Source: an uncultured Acidimicrobiaceae bacterium (GTDB taxonomy: Bacteria; Actinomycetota; Acidimicrobiia; Acidimicrobiales; Bog-793). From it: DNA of 64,000 nt. Positions within the stretch are counted from its first letter, which is position 1, and the number at the start of each line of letters is the position of its first letter. Location of the stretch: the NCBI GenBank assembly GCA_963838845.1, contig CAWISR010000003.1, positions 384,851-448,850 of the forward strand, written 5' to 3'. Below the pieces are notes generated by a model. That model searched no databases and had not been told where the DNA came from. It saw nothing but the letters and a program-made list of their open reading frames with translations. The position numbers were made by a program, and so were the translations under genes. Shown in pieces: positions 11,302 through 19,273 of the stretch.

Positions 11302-12377
11302 TCCAGCAGTTTCCCTTGCGCAACCCGGACGATCTTCACGGGATTCGCCCCGGGAGGCAGCGGGCCGGCAGTCGTAAGGATCGCCTGGCCGTCAGGGAGC
11401 TGCTGAAAAAGGGCTTCGGCCGTGCGTTCGTCGAGTTCGGAGAACGCATCGTCCAACAACAGCACCGGTGAGGTCTTCGCCCAGGCGGTGACAGCGCCAT
11501 GAGCGGCGAGTCGGAGTGCGAGCGTCGCGCAACGTTGCCGACCTTGTGAGACCCGTGTTCGCGCGTCGAGGGATCCCACCATGACGGTGAAGTCGTCGCG
11601 GTGCGGTCCGATCGTCGTCACCTGACGTCGGACGTCGTCGTCGCGTGAAGATTTCAGCGCCTGGCCAAGGTCCCCGGTGAACGAGCGCACGTACGTGAGC
11701 TCAAGCTGCTCGTCGGCGCGGGTGAGATCGCGAAAGGCCCGGTCCACGAGCGGAGCGATCTCTGCCAGGAGATCCTCGCGGGCTCGGACGAATTCCTCAC
11801 CGGCGAGCGCGAACTGCTCGTCCCATACGTCGAGCGTCGAAGCAGCTTCCCGGCTGAGAAACCCTCCAGCCTGCCGCAACAGCGAACCACGTTGGCGCAG
11901 GATTCGCTCGACATTCTGACGAAGTTCGAGAAGCCTCGGATGCGCTGCAACAAGGGCATCATCGATGTAGTCCCGACGGTACTGAGGACCGCCTTTCACG
12001 AGCGCGAGGTCGTCGGGTGTGAACACCGTGACGCGGAGGGTTTCGAGCAGCTCCGCATGTCGTCGTGGTCGTTGACGGTTGCGGAGGACGCGGTCTCGTC
12101 GGTCGCGCACCAACTCGATCTCGACGAGCTCCGTCCGGTCGTCGGTCGCGGTTTCGACGCGGATCACCGATTGTGATCGGTCATCACGAATGAGCGACTC
12201 GCGTGGTGTGCCCCGAAATGACGCGAGCGTGGACGCGTACGCGATCGCCTCAAGCAAGCTTGTCTTTCCGGCGCCGTTTTCGCCGGTCACGACCGTCAGC
12301 CCGGCAGGACTCGGTGTGAAACGCGCGCACTCGAGATTCCGAAAATCCCGAACCTCGAGCCAGCGAACCTCGCTCAG
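11298..12377 (-). CDS. recF: DNA replication/repair protein RecF (start apparently CTG overlapping dnaN stop)
   Basis: Walker A is GENGAGKTSLLEAI. The conserved N-terminus SEVRWLEVRDFRNLECARFTPSPAGLTVV lies upstream of the first canonical start (GTG 12290). No ATG/GTG/TTG occurs in frame back to the upstream stop. CTG at 12377-12375 forms a CTGA overlap with the dnaN stop. Confidence 0.8.
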   Translation of the reverse strand: MSEVRWLEVRDFRNLECARFTPSPAGLTVVTGENGAGKTSLLEAIAYASTLASFRGTPRESLIRDDRSQSVIRVETATDDRTELVEIELVRDRRDRVLRNRQRPRRHAELLETLRVTVFTPDDLALVKGGPQYRRDYIDDALVAAHPRLLELRQNVERILRQRGSLLRQAGGFLSREAASTLDVWDEQFALAGEEFVRAREDLLAEIAPLVDRAFRDLTRADEQLELTYVRSFTGDLGQALKSSRDDDVRRQVTTIGPHRDDFTVMVGSLDARTRVSQGRQRCATLALRLAAHGAVTAWAKTSPVLLLDDAFSELDERTAEALFQQLPDGQAILTTAGPLPPGANPVKIVRVAQGKLLE

Positions 12378-13498
12378 GAGACCCGCACCGGCATCAGCAA
12401 GTACCGGTAGTCGTCGTCTCCCTCGGCGCGCACCGTCGCCGGCTTCGACGAATCGATAACCTCGATCACCACCGTGTCGGAACGGAGAGCCTCAACGCCA
12501 TCCAAGAGGTAATTCGGGTTGAACGCGACGACGAGCTCGTCGCCTTGGTATTCCCCCGAGATCTGCTCTGCCGCCCGCCCGCTTTCGGTCGTGAGCACCG
12601 TCAGGTCCGCGCCATCCGAGCGAAATGCCACACGAACCGGTGTCGCAGCGTCTTTCGCGTCTCGCACCATCAACCGGACTCGTCTCAGTGCGTTTGCGAG
12701 TTCATCTCTCGGCGTACGCAGAGCATTCGGATACGAAGCCGGCAATAGCCGCTGGTAATCGGGAAACGGCCCTTTCAAAAGCCGAGTCGTGAGCCGGGTG
12801 TCGTCGAGTTCGAAGACCGCGTCCAAATCGCTGTGGCGGAAAACAAGTTTTGCGTCACCGTCCTTTTCCCTATCGGAGACAAGGCGTTGGATCTCGCCGA
12901 GCGCCCGGGCGGGGATCAGCACCTCCGAGCCCGGGGAGAGTGCGGAAAGGCCGGCCAGATCCTTGAACGCCAGGCGGTACGAGTCGGTCGCGACCAATCG
13001 CAATCCGTTGTCGGCCGCGACCATCAACACGCCCGTCAGTTGTGGCGCTCTTGAGTCGTCCGTTAGTGCAGCCGGCACAACCTGTCGAAGCCCCTCGGCA
13101 AACGGGCCGGCCGGAAGGGTGATCCCGTCGCCGTCGACACTCGAAAGTCGTGTGACCTCGGCGCCGATCGGCACCCGCACGTCGAACTCCGCCTTGCCGG
13201 AGGTGATCTTCACCTCCTGGTCATCCGCTTCGACACGGACGGCTCCTGGGTCGAAGGCCCGCACGATGTCGACGGCGAGGCGCGATGGGATTTGCGTAGA
13301 TCCGTCCTCACTGCCGGCAACCGTCCGTGTCACCTCGATCGAAAGATCCGCGTCTGATCCAACGACTTCCAGCTGATTGCCACGCAACGCAAGCCGTATG
13401 TTCTGCCCGCCGAGGCTCACACCCGTGCGCGCCGTAGCCGCGCGTGCCGTAATGCTCAACGCCTCGAGAAGAGCGTCCCGCTCGGTTCGGAACTTCAC
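12374..13498 (-). CDS. dnaN: DNA polymerase III beta sliding clamp
   Basis: 374 aa. Begins MKFRTERDALLEALSITARA..., ends ...DDYRYLLMPVRVS. Conserved position after dnaA. Confidence 0.95.
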   Translation of the reverse strand: MKFRTERDALLEALSITARAATARTGVSLGGQNIRLALRGNQLEVVGSDADLSIEVTRTVAGSEDGSTQIPSRLAVDIVRAFDPGAVRVEADDQEVKITSGKAEFDVRVPIGAEVTRLSSVDGDGITLPAGPFAEGLRQVVPAALTDDSRAPQLTGVLMVAADNGLRLVATDSYRLAFKDLAGLSALSPGSEVLIPARALGEIQRLVSDREKDGDAKLVFRHSDLDAVFELDDTRLTTRLLKGPFPDYQRLLPASYPNALRTPRDELANALRRVRLMVRDAKDAATPVRVAFRSDGADLTVLTTESGRAAEQISGEYQGDELVVAFNPNYLLDGVEALRSDTVVIEVIDSSKPATVRAEGDDDYRYLLMPVRVS

Positions 13499-13744
13499 GG
13501 ATCTCGCGCCCCTTTCTGCTTAATCTTCCTTAGGAAACAAGAGCAGTAGTAGTAGGTGCTGTGGATTGTGGATGACCAACGGTAGGTCCAGCGTGCGGCC
13601 GCATTGGCCTCGCGTCGCTCGTCCACCGAATCCACAGGAACGACCCGTCGCCCGGATCGATCTTGTGCACCGACGTCGCCTGATCCCCAGCTTGACAGGT
13701 CGACATCCCGTTGCTTTCCACGTGTTGTGCTCTTGTCAGGTGAT
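13499..13744. other. Candidate oriC (dnaA-dnaN spacer with DnaA boxes and an AT-richer stretch)
   Basis: DnaA-box-like 9-mers: TGTGGATTG 13560-13568, TGTGGATGA 13567-13575, GAATCCACA 13628-13636. Weaker: TCGTCCACC 13619-13627, TTGTGCACC 13663-13671, CTTTCCACG 13714-13722. AT-richer segment at about 13517-13558. Confidence 0.65.
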
Positions 13745-15124
13745 TCAATGCCCGCTACGGATCCGCAACGTCAGCTCGTTCACCTGGTCGTAGACCTGAC
13801 GGCGTTCCTTCATCAGTTTCGAGATCTTGTCGACGGCGTGGATGACGGTGGTGTGGTCACGGCCACCGAATTCGCGCGCGATCGCGGGATAGGAATACTC
13901 GGTGAGCTCGCGAAACAGGTACATGGAGATCTGACGTGCCATGACGAGCGGTCGGCGTCTGCTCGGGCTCGTGAGTTCATCAACGGTGAAGCCGAAGTGT
14001 TCTGCGCTCATCTCGAGAATCTGTCGCGCCGTGATACGACGGGGTTGATGGTCCGACACGAGATCGGACAACACGTGCTCCGCCAAATCGGCAGTAAGTG
14101 GTTGTTTTGTGAGGCTCGCGTAGGCAGTTACGCGAATCAGGGCGCCTTCGAGCTCGCGAATGTTCTCTGAGACGAGGCTCGCGATGAATTCAAGGACTTG
14201 ATCGTCGACGCTCAAGCGTTCGTGTTCGGCCTTCGTGCGCAAGATCGCGATCCGAGTCTCAAGCTCGGGTGGGCTGATCTCGGTGACGAGACCGGACATG
14301 AAGCGACTCTTTAGGCGGTCTTCCAGGGTTTTAATCGAACCCGGCGGCCTGTCGGAGCTCAACACGAGCTGGCGCATGTTGTCGTGCAGCGCGTTGAAGG
14401 TGTGAAAAAATTCCTCTTGGAGCGCTTCTTTGCCCTCGATCTGCTGAATGTCGTCGATCAACAGAACGTCGCATTCGCGGTAGCGGCGTTTGAATGCTGA
14501 CATCGTGTTGTTCTGGATCGAGGCTAAGAATTCATTCAGCATCGATTCGGTTGGAACGTATTGCACATTGTGCCGGGGAAAGTTCTCGGTAACGTAATTC
14601 CGTATCGCTTGGAGCAGATGCGTCTTGCCGAGTCCCGCTGCGCCGAAGATGAACAGTGGGTTGTACGCGCGACCTGGGGCCTCCGCGACGGTGAGCGCGG
14701 CGGCGTGCGCAAAACGATTCGATGGGCCGATCACGAATCCGTCGAAGGTGTAACGACGCGTGATCGATGGCTCCTCGCGAGTCGCGTCTGGTTGTGTCGC
14801 ATCACGCACTGTTGAGACGTCGCTCCGGTCGTCTGACTCGTCGACGTCATTGAGAATTCCGACCTCGTCGGGGTTGACGTCGAAGCGAATCGGGAACTCG
14901 GTGCCGACCGAGTCGATCACGGCAGCGCGAACAAGTGGCGCGAACCGTGTCTCAAGACGCTCCCTGACGTGGGCATTTGGCACCGTAAGCACGAGCGTGC
15001 CGTTCTGGAACCCAGAGGGATGTACCTGGGAAAACCACGCGTGCCAAACCGCTTCTGACACCTGGGACTGGATGGCGCCCGCACAGCCATCCCAGAGTTC
15101 TCTTGCGTCGAGCAACGTATCCAC
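13745..15124 (-). CDS. dnaA: Chromosomal replication initiator DnaA (start set to GTG 15124; TTG 15136 and GTG 15145 are alternatives)
   Basis: AAA+ Walker A GAAGLGKTHLLQAI and a C-terminal DnaA-box-binding domain. The 571-aa maximal ORF would overlap rpmH and a DnaA-box cluster. MDTLLDARELWDGC... gives a typical domain I N-terminus. Confidence 0.9.
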   Translation of the reverse strand: MDTLLDARELWDGCAGAIQSQVSEAVWHAWFSQVHPSGFQNGTLVLTVPNAHVRERLETRFAPLVRAAVIDSVGTEFPIRFDVNPDEVGILNDVDESDDRSDVSTVRDATQPDATREEPSITRRYTFDGFVIGPSNRFAHAAALTVAEAPGRAYNPLFIFGAAGLGKTHLLQAIRNYVTENFPRHNVQYVPTESMLNEFLASIQNNTMSAFKRRYRECDVLLIDDIQQIEGKEALQEEFFHTFNALHDNMRQLVLSSDRPPGSIKTLEDRLKSRFMSGLVTEISPPELETRIAILRTKAEHERLSVDDQVLEFIASLVSENIRELEGALIRVTAYASLTKQPLTADLAEHVLSDLVSDHQPRRITARQILEMSAEHFGFTVDELTSPSRRRPLVMARQISMYLFRELTEYSYPAIAREFGGRDHTTVIHAVDKISKLMKERRQVYDQVNELTLRIRSGH

Positions 15125-15137
15125 CTTCGTAAGCAAG

Positions 15138-15168
15138 TTGTCCACAAGGGGGTCCACAGTGTGGATTC
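15138..15168. promoter_or_regulatory. Cluster of three DnaA boxes in the dnaA/rpmH divergent spacer
   Basis: TTGTCCACA 15138-15146 (perfect actinobacterial consensus), GGGTCCACA 15150-15158, TGTGGATTC 15160-15168 (reverse complement GAATCCACA). Confidence 0.7.
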
Positions 15169-15310
15169 GCAGCACGCGGGCGTCGGCTGTGCCCCTCGCG
15201 CGAGCATCGTATAGCGGACCAGTCGCGAGCGCTCTGGGCAATTTGTCCTTTTGGCGAGGAGGATCGTTCGGCGGTAGCGCTAGCATCGACGTTCCGCTAA
15301 TCGGGGTGAG

Positions 15311-15445
15311 ATGAAGCGAACCTTTCAGCCAAACAACCGCAAGCGCTCGAAGCGACACGGATTTCGTCATCGCATGTCGACGCGCGCCGGGCGGGCGATC
15401 CTGAAGGCGCGTCGCCGCCGCGGTCGGGTGCGCCTTTCGGCTTGA
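15311..15445 (+). CDS. rpmH: 50S ribosomal protein L34
   Basis: 44 aa, [44 protein letters not shown]. Not in the ORF track because it is under 60 aa. Confidence 0.95.
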   Translation: MKRTFQPNNRKRSKRHGFRHRMSTRAGRAILKARRRRGRVRLSA

Positions 15446-15786
15446 GCGGCTGTCCCCCACGAGTGCGAGGCCGGGCGCGGTTCCAAGCCCTCGCTATCAG
15501 CCCTCGTCGGGCCCGCAACGGAGCGGTCACGGTACACTTCCTGCCGCCGGAGGATGGTGGAGACGTCGTTTTCGTCGCCTACGCCGTCGGTCGGCATGTG
15601 GGAGGAGCCGTCGTCCGGAACCGCTGCCGTCGCCGCCTGCGGGTGATCGCGGCGGAGGCATCACCTGATCTTGCGCCGGGGGCGTACCTGATCAGTGTCG
15701 GCCGCGGGGTTATCGACCTTCGCTTTGGTGAGTTGAGAGAACAGGTGATCGAGACGATGCGGCGGGCGGGCGGGGAAACCCGATGA
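15442..15786 (+). CDS. rnpA: Ribonuclease P protein component
   Basis: 114-aa basic protein directly after rpmH (TTGA overlap). Arg-rich motif [11 protein letters not shown]. Confidence 0.85.
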   Translation: MSGCPPRVRGRARFQALAISPRRARNGAVTVHFLPPEDGGDVVFVAYAVGRHVGGAVVRNRCRRRLRVIAAEASPDLAPGAYLISVGRGVIDLRFGELREQVIETMRRAGGETR

Positions 15787-16013
15787 ACCGAGTGGTGAGG
15801 GCGGGCCGATGGGTTTCCGTCGCGCCGATCCGTCTCTACCAGGCGGCTCGACTCGGCAAGCCGTCGCCGTGCCGATTCGTCCCCTCGTGCTCCGCGTACG
15901 CCATCGAGGCCATCGAGGCGCACGGGGTCGTCCGCGGCGGCCTCTTCGCGCTGCGTCGCGTCGGACGGTGCCGTCCCGCCGGTGGGCGCGGCTTCGACCC
16001 AGTTCCGAGCTGA
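15783..16013 (+). CDS. yidD: Membrane protein insertion efficiency factor YidD
   Basis: IRLYQ....[22 protein letters not shown] motif. ATGA overlap with rnpA. Confidence 0.9.
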   Translation: MNRVVRAGRWVSVAPIRLYQAARLGKPSPCRFVPSCSAYAIEAIEAHGVVRGGLFALRRVGRCRPAGGRGFDPVPS

Positions 16014-16023
16014 GAGGCGCGGC

Positions 16024-17223
16024 ATGATTTTCGCCTCATCTATCGGAGAGATAGCGCACCCGTTTTTTATCGCGTTCGCCTTTCTGATCGCCGCGTTCTA
16101 CGCGCTCGTCGCGAACTACGCGATCGCGATCGCGCTCTTGACGATCGTCGTCATGATCGTCGTCTTCCCGATCACGCGGCACGCCACGCGTTCGATGATG
16201 AAGATGCAGCTTCTCGCGCCGGAGTTGAAGAAAATCCAAGCCCGGTACAAGACGAATGCGGGAATGACGGCGGCGGAAAAGCAAGAGGCCCGCCAGCACC
16301 TCAATGAAGAGATGATGGCGCTGTACCGGGAGAACGGCGTTAGTCCAACTGGCGGCTGTCTTCCGATGCTCCTGCAGTTGCCGATTTTCTGGATCCTCTA
16401 TGGCACGATCCGCGGACTCATCCACACGAAGGCCTTCGCAACGGCCGCTGCGGCGCGAGCGTATTGCCACGGTCTGAACTCCGGCAAGGTCTGCCCGCAG
16501 CCGCTCTACATCAACCGCGATTCGAAACTGTTCCGCGCAGTCGAGCACGCGCACGGTCACCTCAACGCCTTCGGGATCAACCTTGCCGACTCGGTTCGGT
16601 CCACCGGCCTTTCGTGGGGGTCGAAGACCCCGCTCATCGCGCTGATCCTCGTCGCGATCGCCCTGCAGTACATCCAGATCAAGCAGGTGAGCGGTCGTAA
16701 CGCCGCCGCTGCCGCCGCAAATCCGCAGATGCAGCAGATGCAGCGGATTATGCCGATCATCTTCGCGGTGATCTACATAGCGATCCCAGCTGGCGTGAAC
16801 ATCTACTTCATCGTCTCGAGCCTCTTCCGCATCACCCAGCAGGAGTTCATGTACCGGCGCGATCCCCACATCCGTGAGTCGTTGGCGCAGATGAGCGCGC
16901 GGGCGAAATCCGACACCGCAAAGGTCGTCGACACGAAGGGGAAAGAGACGCCACGGCGTCCTCGCCTTCTCGAACGGCTGATGCCGCCGACGCCGGCACT
17001 CGAGCCGTCGCCGAAGCCGGCAGCCACGCCGAAGCCGGCAGCCACGCCGAAGCCGGCAGCAACGCCGAACTCGGAGCAGCCGACACCGCCGCAGCGAACC
17101 GCGGCCAACTTGTCTGGCAACGGTCGGGGCGCCATCCCACCCGGCGGACGCGGTCCCGGCGGCTCGCCTTCACGCGGGCAGGCCCGCTCCACGCGCGAAG
17201 CGCCCGCGTCGACCCCGCTAGCT
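16024..17223 (+). CDS. yidC: Membrane protein insertase YidC (no in-frame stop before jag in this assembly)
   Basis: Starts at ATG 16024, after the yidD stop. Multi-TM 60-kDa inner-membrane-protein core (GCLPMLLQLPIFWILY, PAGVNIYFIVSSLFRITQQ). Followed by a Pro/Ala/Lys tail that runs in frame into the jag ATG at 17224. Confidence 0.85.
17011..17064 (+). repeat. 3 x 18-bp tandem repeat (PKPAAT x3) in the YidC tail
   Basis: ccgaagccggcagccacg x2 followed by ccgaagccggcagcaacg. Confidence 0.9.
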
Positions 17224-18150
17224 ATGGAATGGGTGGAAACCACCGGGAGGACCGTTGCCGAAGCACTCGACGCGGCGCTCGACCAACTCGGCGTCGACGA
17301 GCAGGACGCCGAGGTCGTCGTGGTGTCAGAACCGCGTGTTGGGCTCTTCGGGATCGGCCGAGGGGAGGCACGAGTTCGGGCTCGAGTGCGCCCGACGACG
17401 GTGCGCCCGAAGCGGGCCCAACGGGACCGAGCCGCGCGTGGGTCGCGTTCCGCATCGGGTGGGGCGAGAGGAGGACGTGCTCCCCAAGAGCGCGTCGTCG
17501 ATACGGGCGCCACTTCGGGCGACACGGGTTCGGCGGCCGTAGGGGACGAGTCTGGTGCGACGACGACGCGGACGCGGCGTCGGCGAGCAGGGCGAGGTCG
17601 CAAGTCACCGAGCGGTCGGCCGAGCGAACCGGGCCGAAAGGACAAGGAGTCAGTGATGAGTGTCGAGGAACAGACCGAGCTTGCGTCCTCGTTCGTTCGC
17701 GGTGTCATTGAACGTTTCGGGTTTGAGGCGACGACGCAAGCCCGAACCGACGAGGAGCACGTCTTCGTGGACGTCGAAGGTGATGATCTCGGGTTGCTGA
17801 TCGGGCCGCGGGGTTCGACGCTCGACGCTTTGCAAGAACTTGCCCGTACCGTCGTCCATCGCCAGGGAGAGGACCAGGTACTTCGGGTGGTGGTTGACGT
17901 CGCGGGGTTTCGCAGGCGGCGGGCGGAAGCGCTCGCCGCGTTCGCGCGACGTCGGGCAGAAGAAGTGCTCGCGTCGGGAGTCTCCGAGGCGCTGGAACCG
18001 ATGGGGGCGGCGGACCGGAAGATCGTTCACGACACCGTGGCCGAGTTCGACGCGCTCGAAACCACCTCCGAAGGCTTCGAACCGAGGCGCTACGTCGTGA
18101 TCCGCCCGACTGACGCGGCAACTGCCGTCGGCGCCGACGACACCGAATAG
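17224..18150 (+). CDS. jag: Jag/KhpB RNA-binding protein (Jag_N, KH, R3H)
   Basis: MEWVETTGRTVAEALDAALDQLGVDEQDAEVVVVSEP (Jag_N). LLIGPRGSTLDALQELA (KH GxxG). C-terminal R3H-like segment ADRKIVHDTV. Confidence 0.85.
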   Translation: MEWVETTGRTVAEALDAALDQLGVDEQDAEVVVVSEPRVGLFGIGRGEARVRARVRPTTVRPKRAQRDRAARGSRSASGGARGGRAPQERVVDTGATSGDTGSAAVGDESGATTTRTRRRRAGRGRKSPSGRPSEPGRKDKESVMSVEEQTELASSFVRGVIERFGFEATTQARTDEEHVFVDVEGDDLGLLIGPRGSTLDALQELARTVVHRQGEDQVLRVVVDVAGFRRRRAEALAAFARRRAEEVLASGVSEALEPMGAADRKIVHDTVAEFDALETTSEGFEPRRYVVIRPTDAATAVGADDTE

Positions 18151-18157
18151 GAACGAT

Positions 18158-18787
18158 CTGGTCGGCGAGCTCGCCGACAGGTTCTCCTCTGCCTTCGATC
18201 GCGCGGGCGCAGCTCGCGGCCTCGGTCGGGGCGACGTCCGCACCCACGTCGCTCACTCGCTCGCCTATCTCGAGGCTTGTCCCGAACTCAACCGGGCCGG
18301 ACGGGTCCTCGATCTCGGCAGCGGATTGGGGATCCCCGGTCTCGTGCTCGCCGCACAGTTGCCCGCGACCGCGTTCGTCGTGCTTGACGGCCGCATGGAG
18401 CGGGCGACTGCCCTCCTCCGGTCAGTGGCGGAACTCGGACTTTCCACGCGCGTCACGGTGCTCGGCGAGCGCGCCGAGCTCGCCGCGCACCGGTCGGAGC
18501 TGCGCTTTGCCTTTGATGTCGTCGTGGCGAGGGCATTCGGCCGCCCGGCGGTCACGGCGGAGTGCGGGGCCGGCTTCCTTGTGACCGGTGGCGCACTCGT
18601 CGTTTCTGATCCGCCGGAGGGCGCGACTCACGAGCGTTGGCCGCAGGAAAGGCTCGCGAAACTCGGCCTCGTCGTCGAAACGCCTGTGCCGACGCACTGG
18701 CACTTCACCCTGCTTCGCTCTGTTGCGGCGCTCGAAACGCGCTATCCCCGTCGCGTCGGCGTTCCCGCAAAGCGTCCCTTGTTCTAA
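18158..18787 (+). CDS. rsmG: 16S rRNA (guanine527-N7)-methyltransferase RsmG (no canonical start available; CTG 18158, 18122 or 18110)
   Basis: SAM motif RVLDLGSGLGIPGLVLA. About 50 conserved-looking codons lie upstream of the first canonical start (TTG 18326). Between the frame stop at 18098-18100 and 18326 only CTG codons are near-cognate. Confidence 0.8.
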   Translation: MVGELADRFSSAFDRAGAARGLGRGDVRTHVAHSLAYLEACPELNRAGRVLDLGSGLGIPGLVLAAQLPATAFVVLDGRMERATALLRSVAELGLSTRVTVLGERAELAAHRSELRFAFDVVVARAFGRPAVTAECGAGFLVTGGALVVSDPPEGATHERWPQERLAKLGLVVETPVPTHWHFTLLRSVAALETRYPRRVGVPAKRPLF

Positions 18788-19134
18788 GGACTGTTGCCCC
18801 CCACCGGGAATCCCAGCTCGCGAAGCCGGCCGAGCGTCCTGCTGCTGAGCCAAGGCCACATCACGCCGGCAGCGGCGACCGCCCGCCGTCCGTTGAGATT
18901 GCACCGATAGGAGAGCCGACGATTCGCCCCTTTCGCCGTTCGAGGCCCGGTGTATGGCCCCAGCACCCGCACGCCGACGATGGCGGCGTAGCGCTCGGCG
19001 AGGTCGCGATCGGTGAGGTGGAGGGCGAGCCGGAGGTCCCGTCCAGCATTCAATGTCGTGACCGTGCCGAAACCCTCGAAGATCGCGGCGGCCCAGGCCC
19101 ACTCTTCCTCGCTGGCCACATAATTATGTACCAC
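18784..19134 (-). CDS. Small LAGLIDADG-like (homing-endonuclease-fold) protein, motif degenerate
   Basis: 116 aa with GC3 ~78%. EEEWAWAAAIFEGFGTV resembles the W.aGlfeGEG form of the LAGLIDADG motif, but Phe replaces the second acidic residue. The later pattern (LHLTDRDLAERYAAIVG...Y.C...GRRAV...WPWLSSR) fits that family. Assignment is from memory of the motif only. Confidence 0.5.
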   Translation of the reverse strand: MVHNYVASEEEWAWAAAIFEGFGTVTTLNAGRDLRLALHLTDRDLAERYAAIVGVRVLGPYTGPRTAKGANRRLSYRCNLNGRRAVAAAGVMWPWLSSRTLGRLRELGFPVGGNSP

Positions 19135-19142
19135 AGCGGAAC

Positions 19143-19158
19143 TTGTTTCCCGTGGAAC
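19143..19158. promoter_or_regulatory. parS-like site
   Basis: TGTTTCCCGTGGAACA matches the consensus TGTTTCACGTGAAACA at 14 of 16 positions. It lies in the spacer upstream of parA, 9 nt from the LAGLIDADG-like ORF start. Confidence 0.5.
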
Positions 19159-19273
19159 ACTTCAGACCACTCTCGCCACGGCAGGCACAAAATGCGCGAA
19201 CAAATCCGCTTGACCAGGACGGGGGCGACGTGCAGGATATGGGGCCACTCCCGCCCGACGTCCTCGCGCCGCG

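Noticed and set aside
15125-15460. Long N-terminal extension of dnaA (571-aa maximal ORF)
   Set aside because: It would overlap rpmH on the opposite strand and read through a cluster of consensus DnaA boxes. The extension has no DnaA domain I features.
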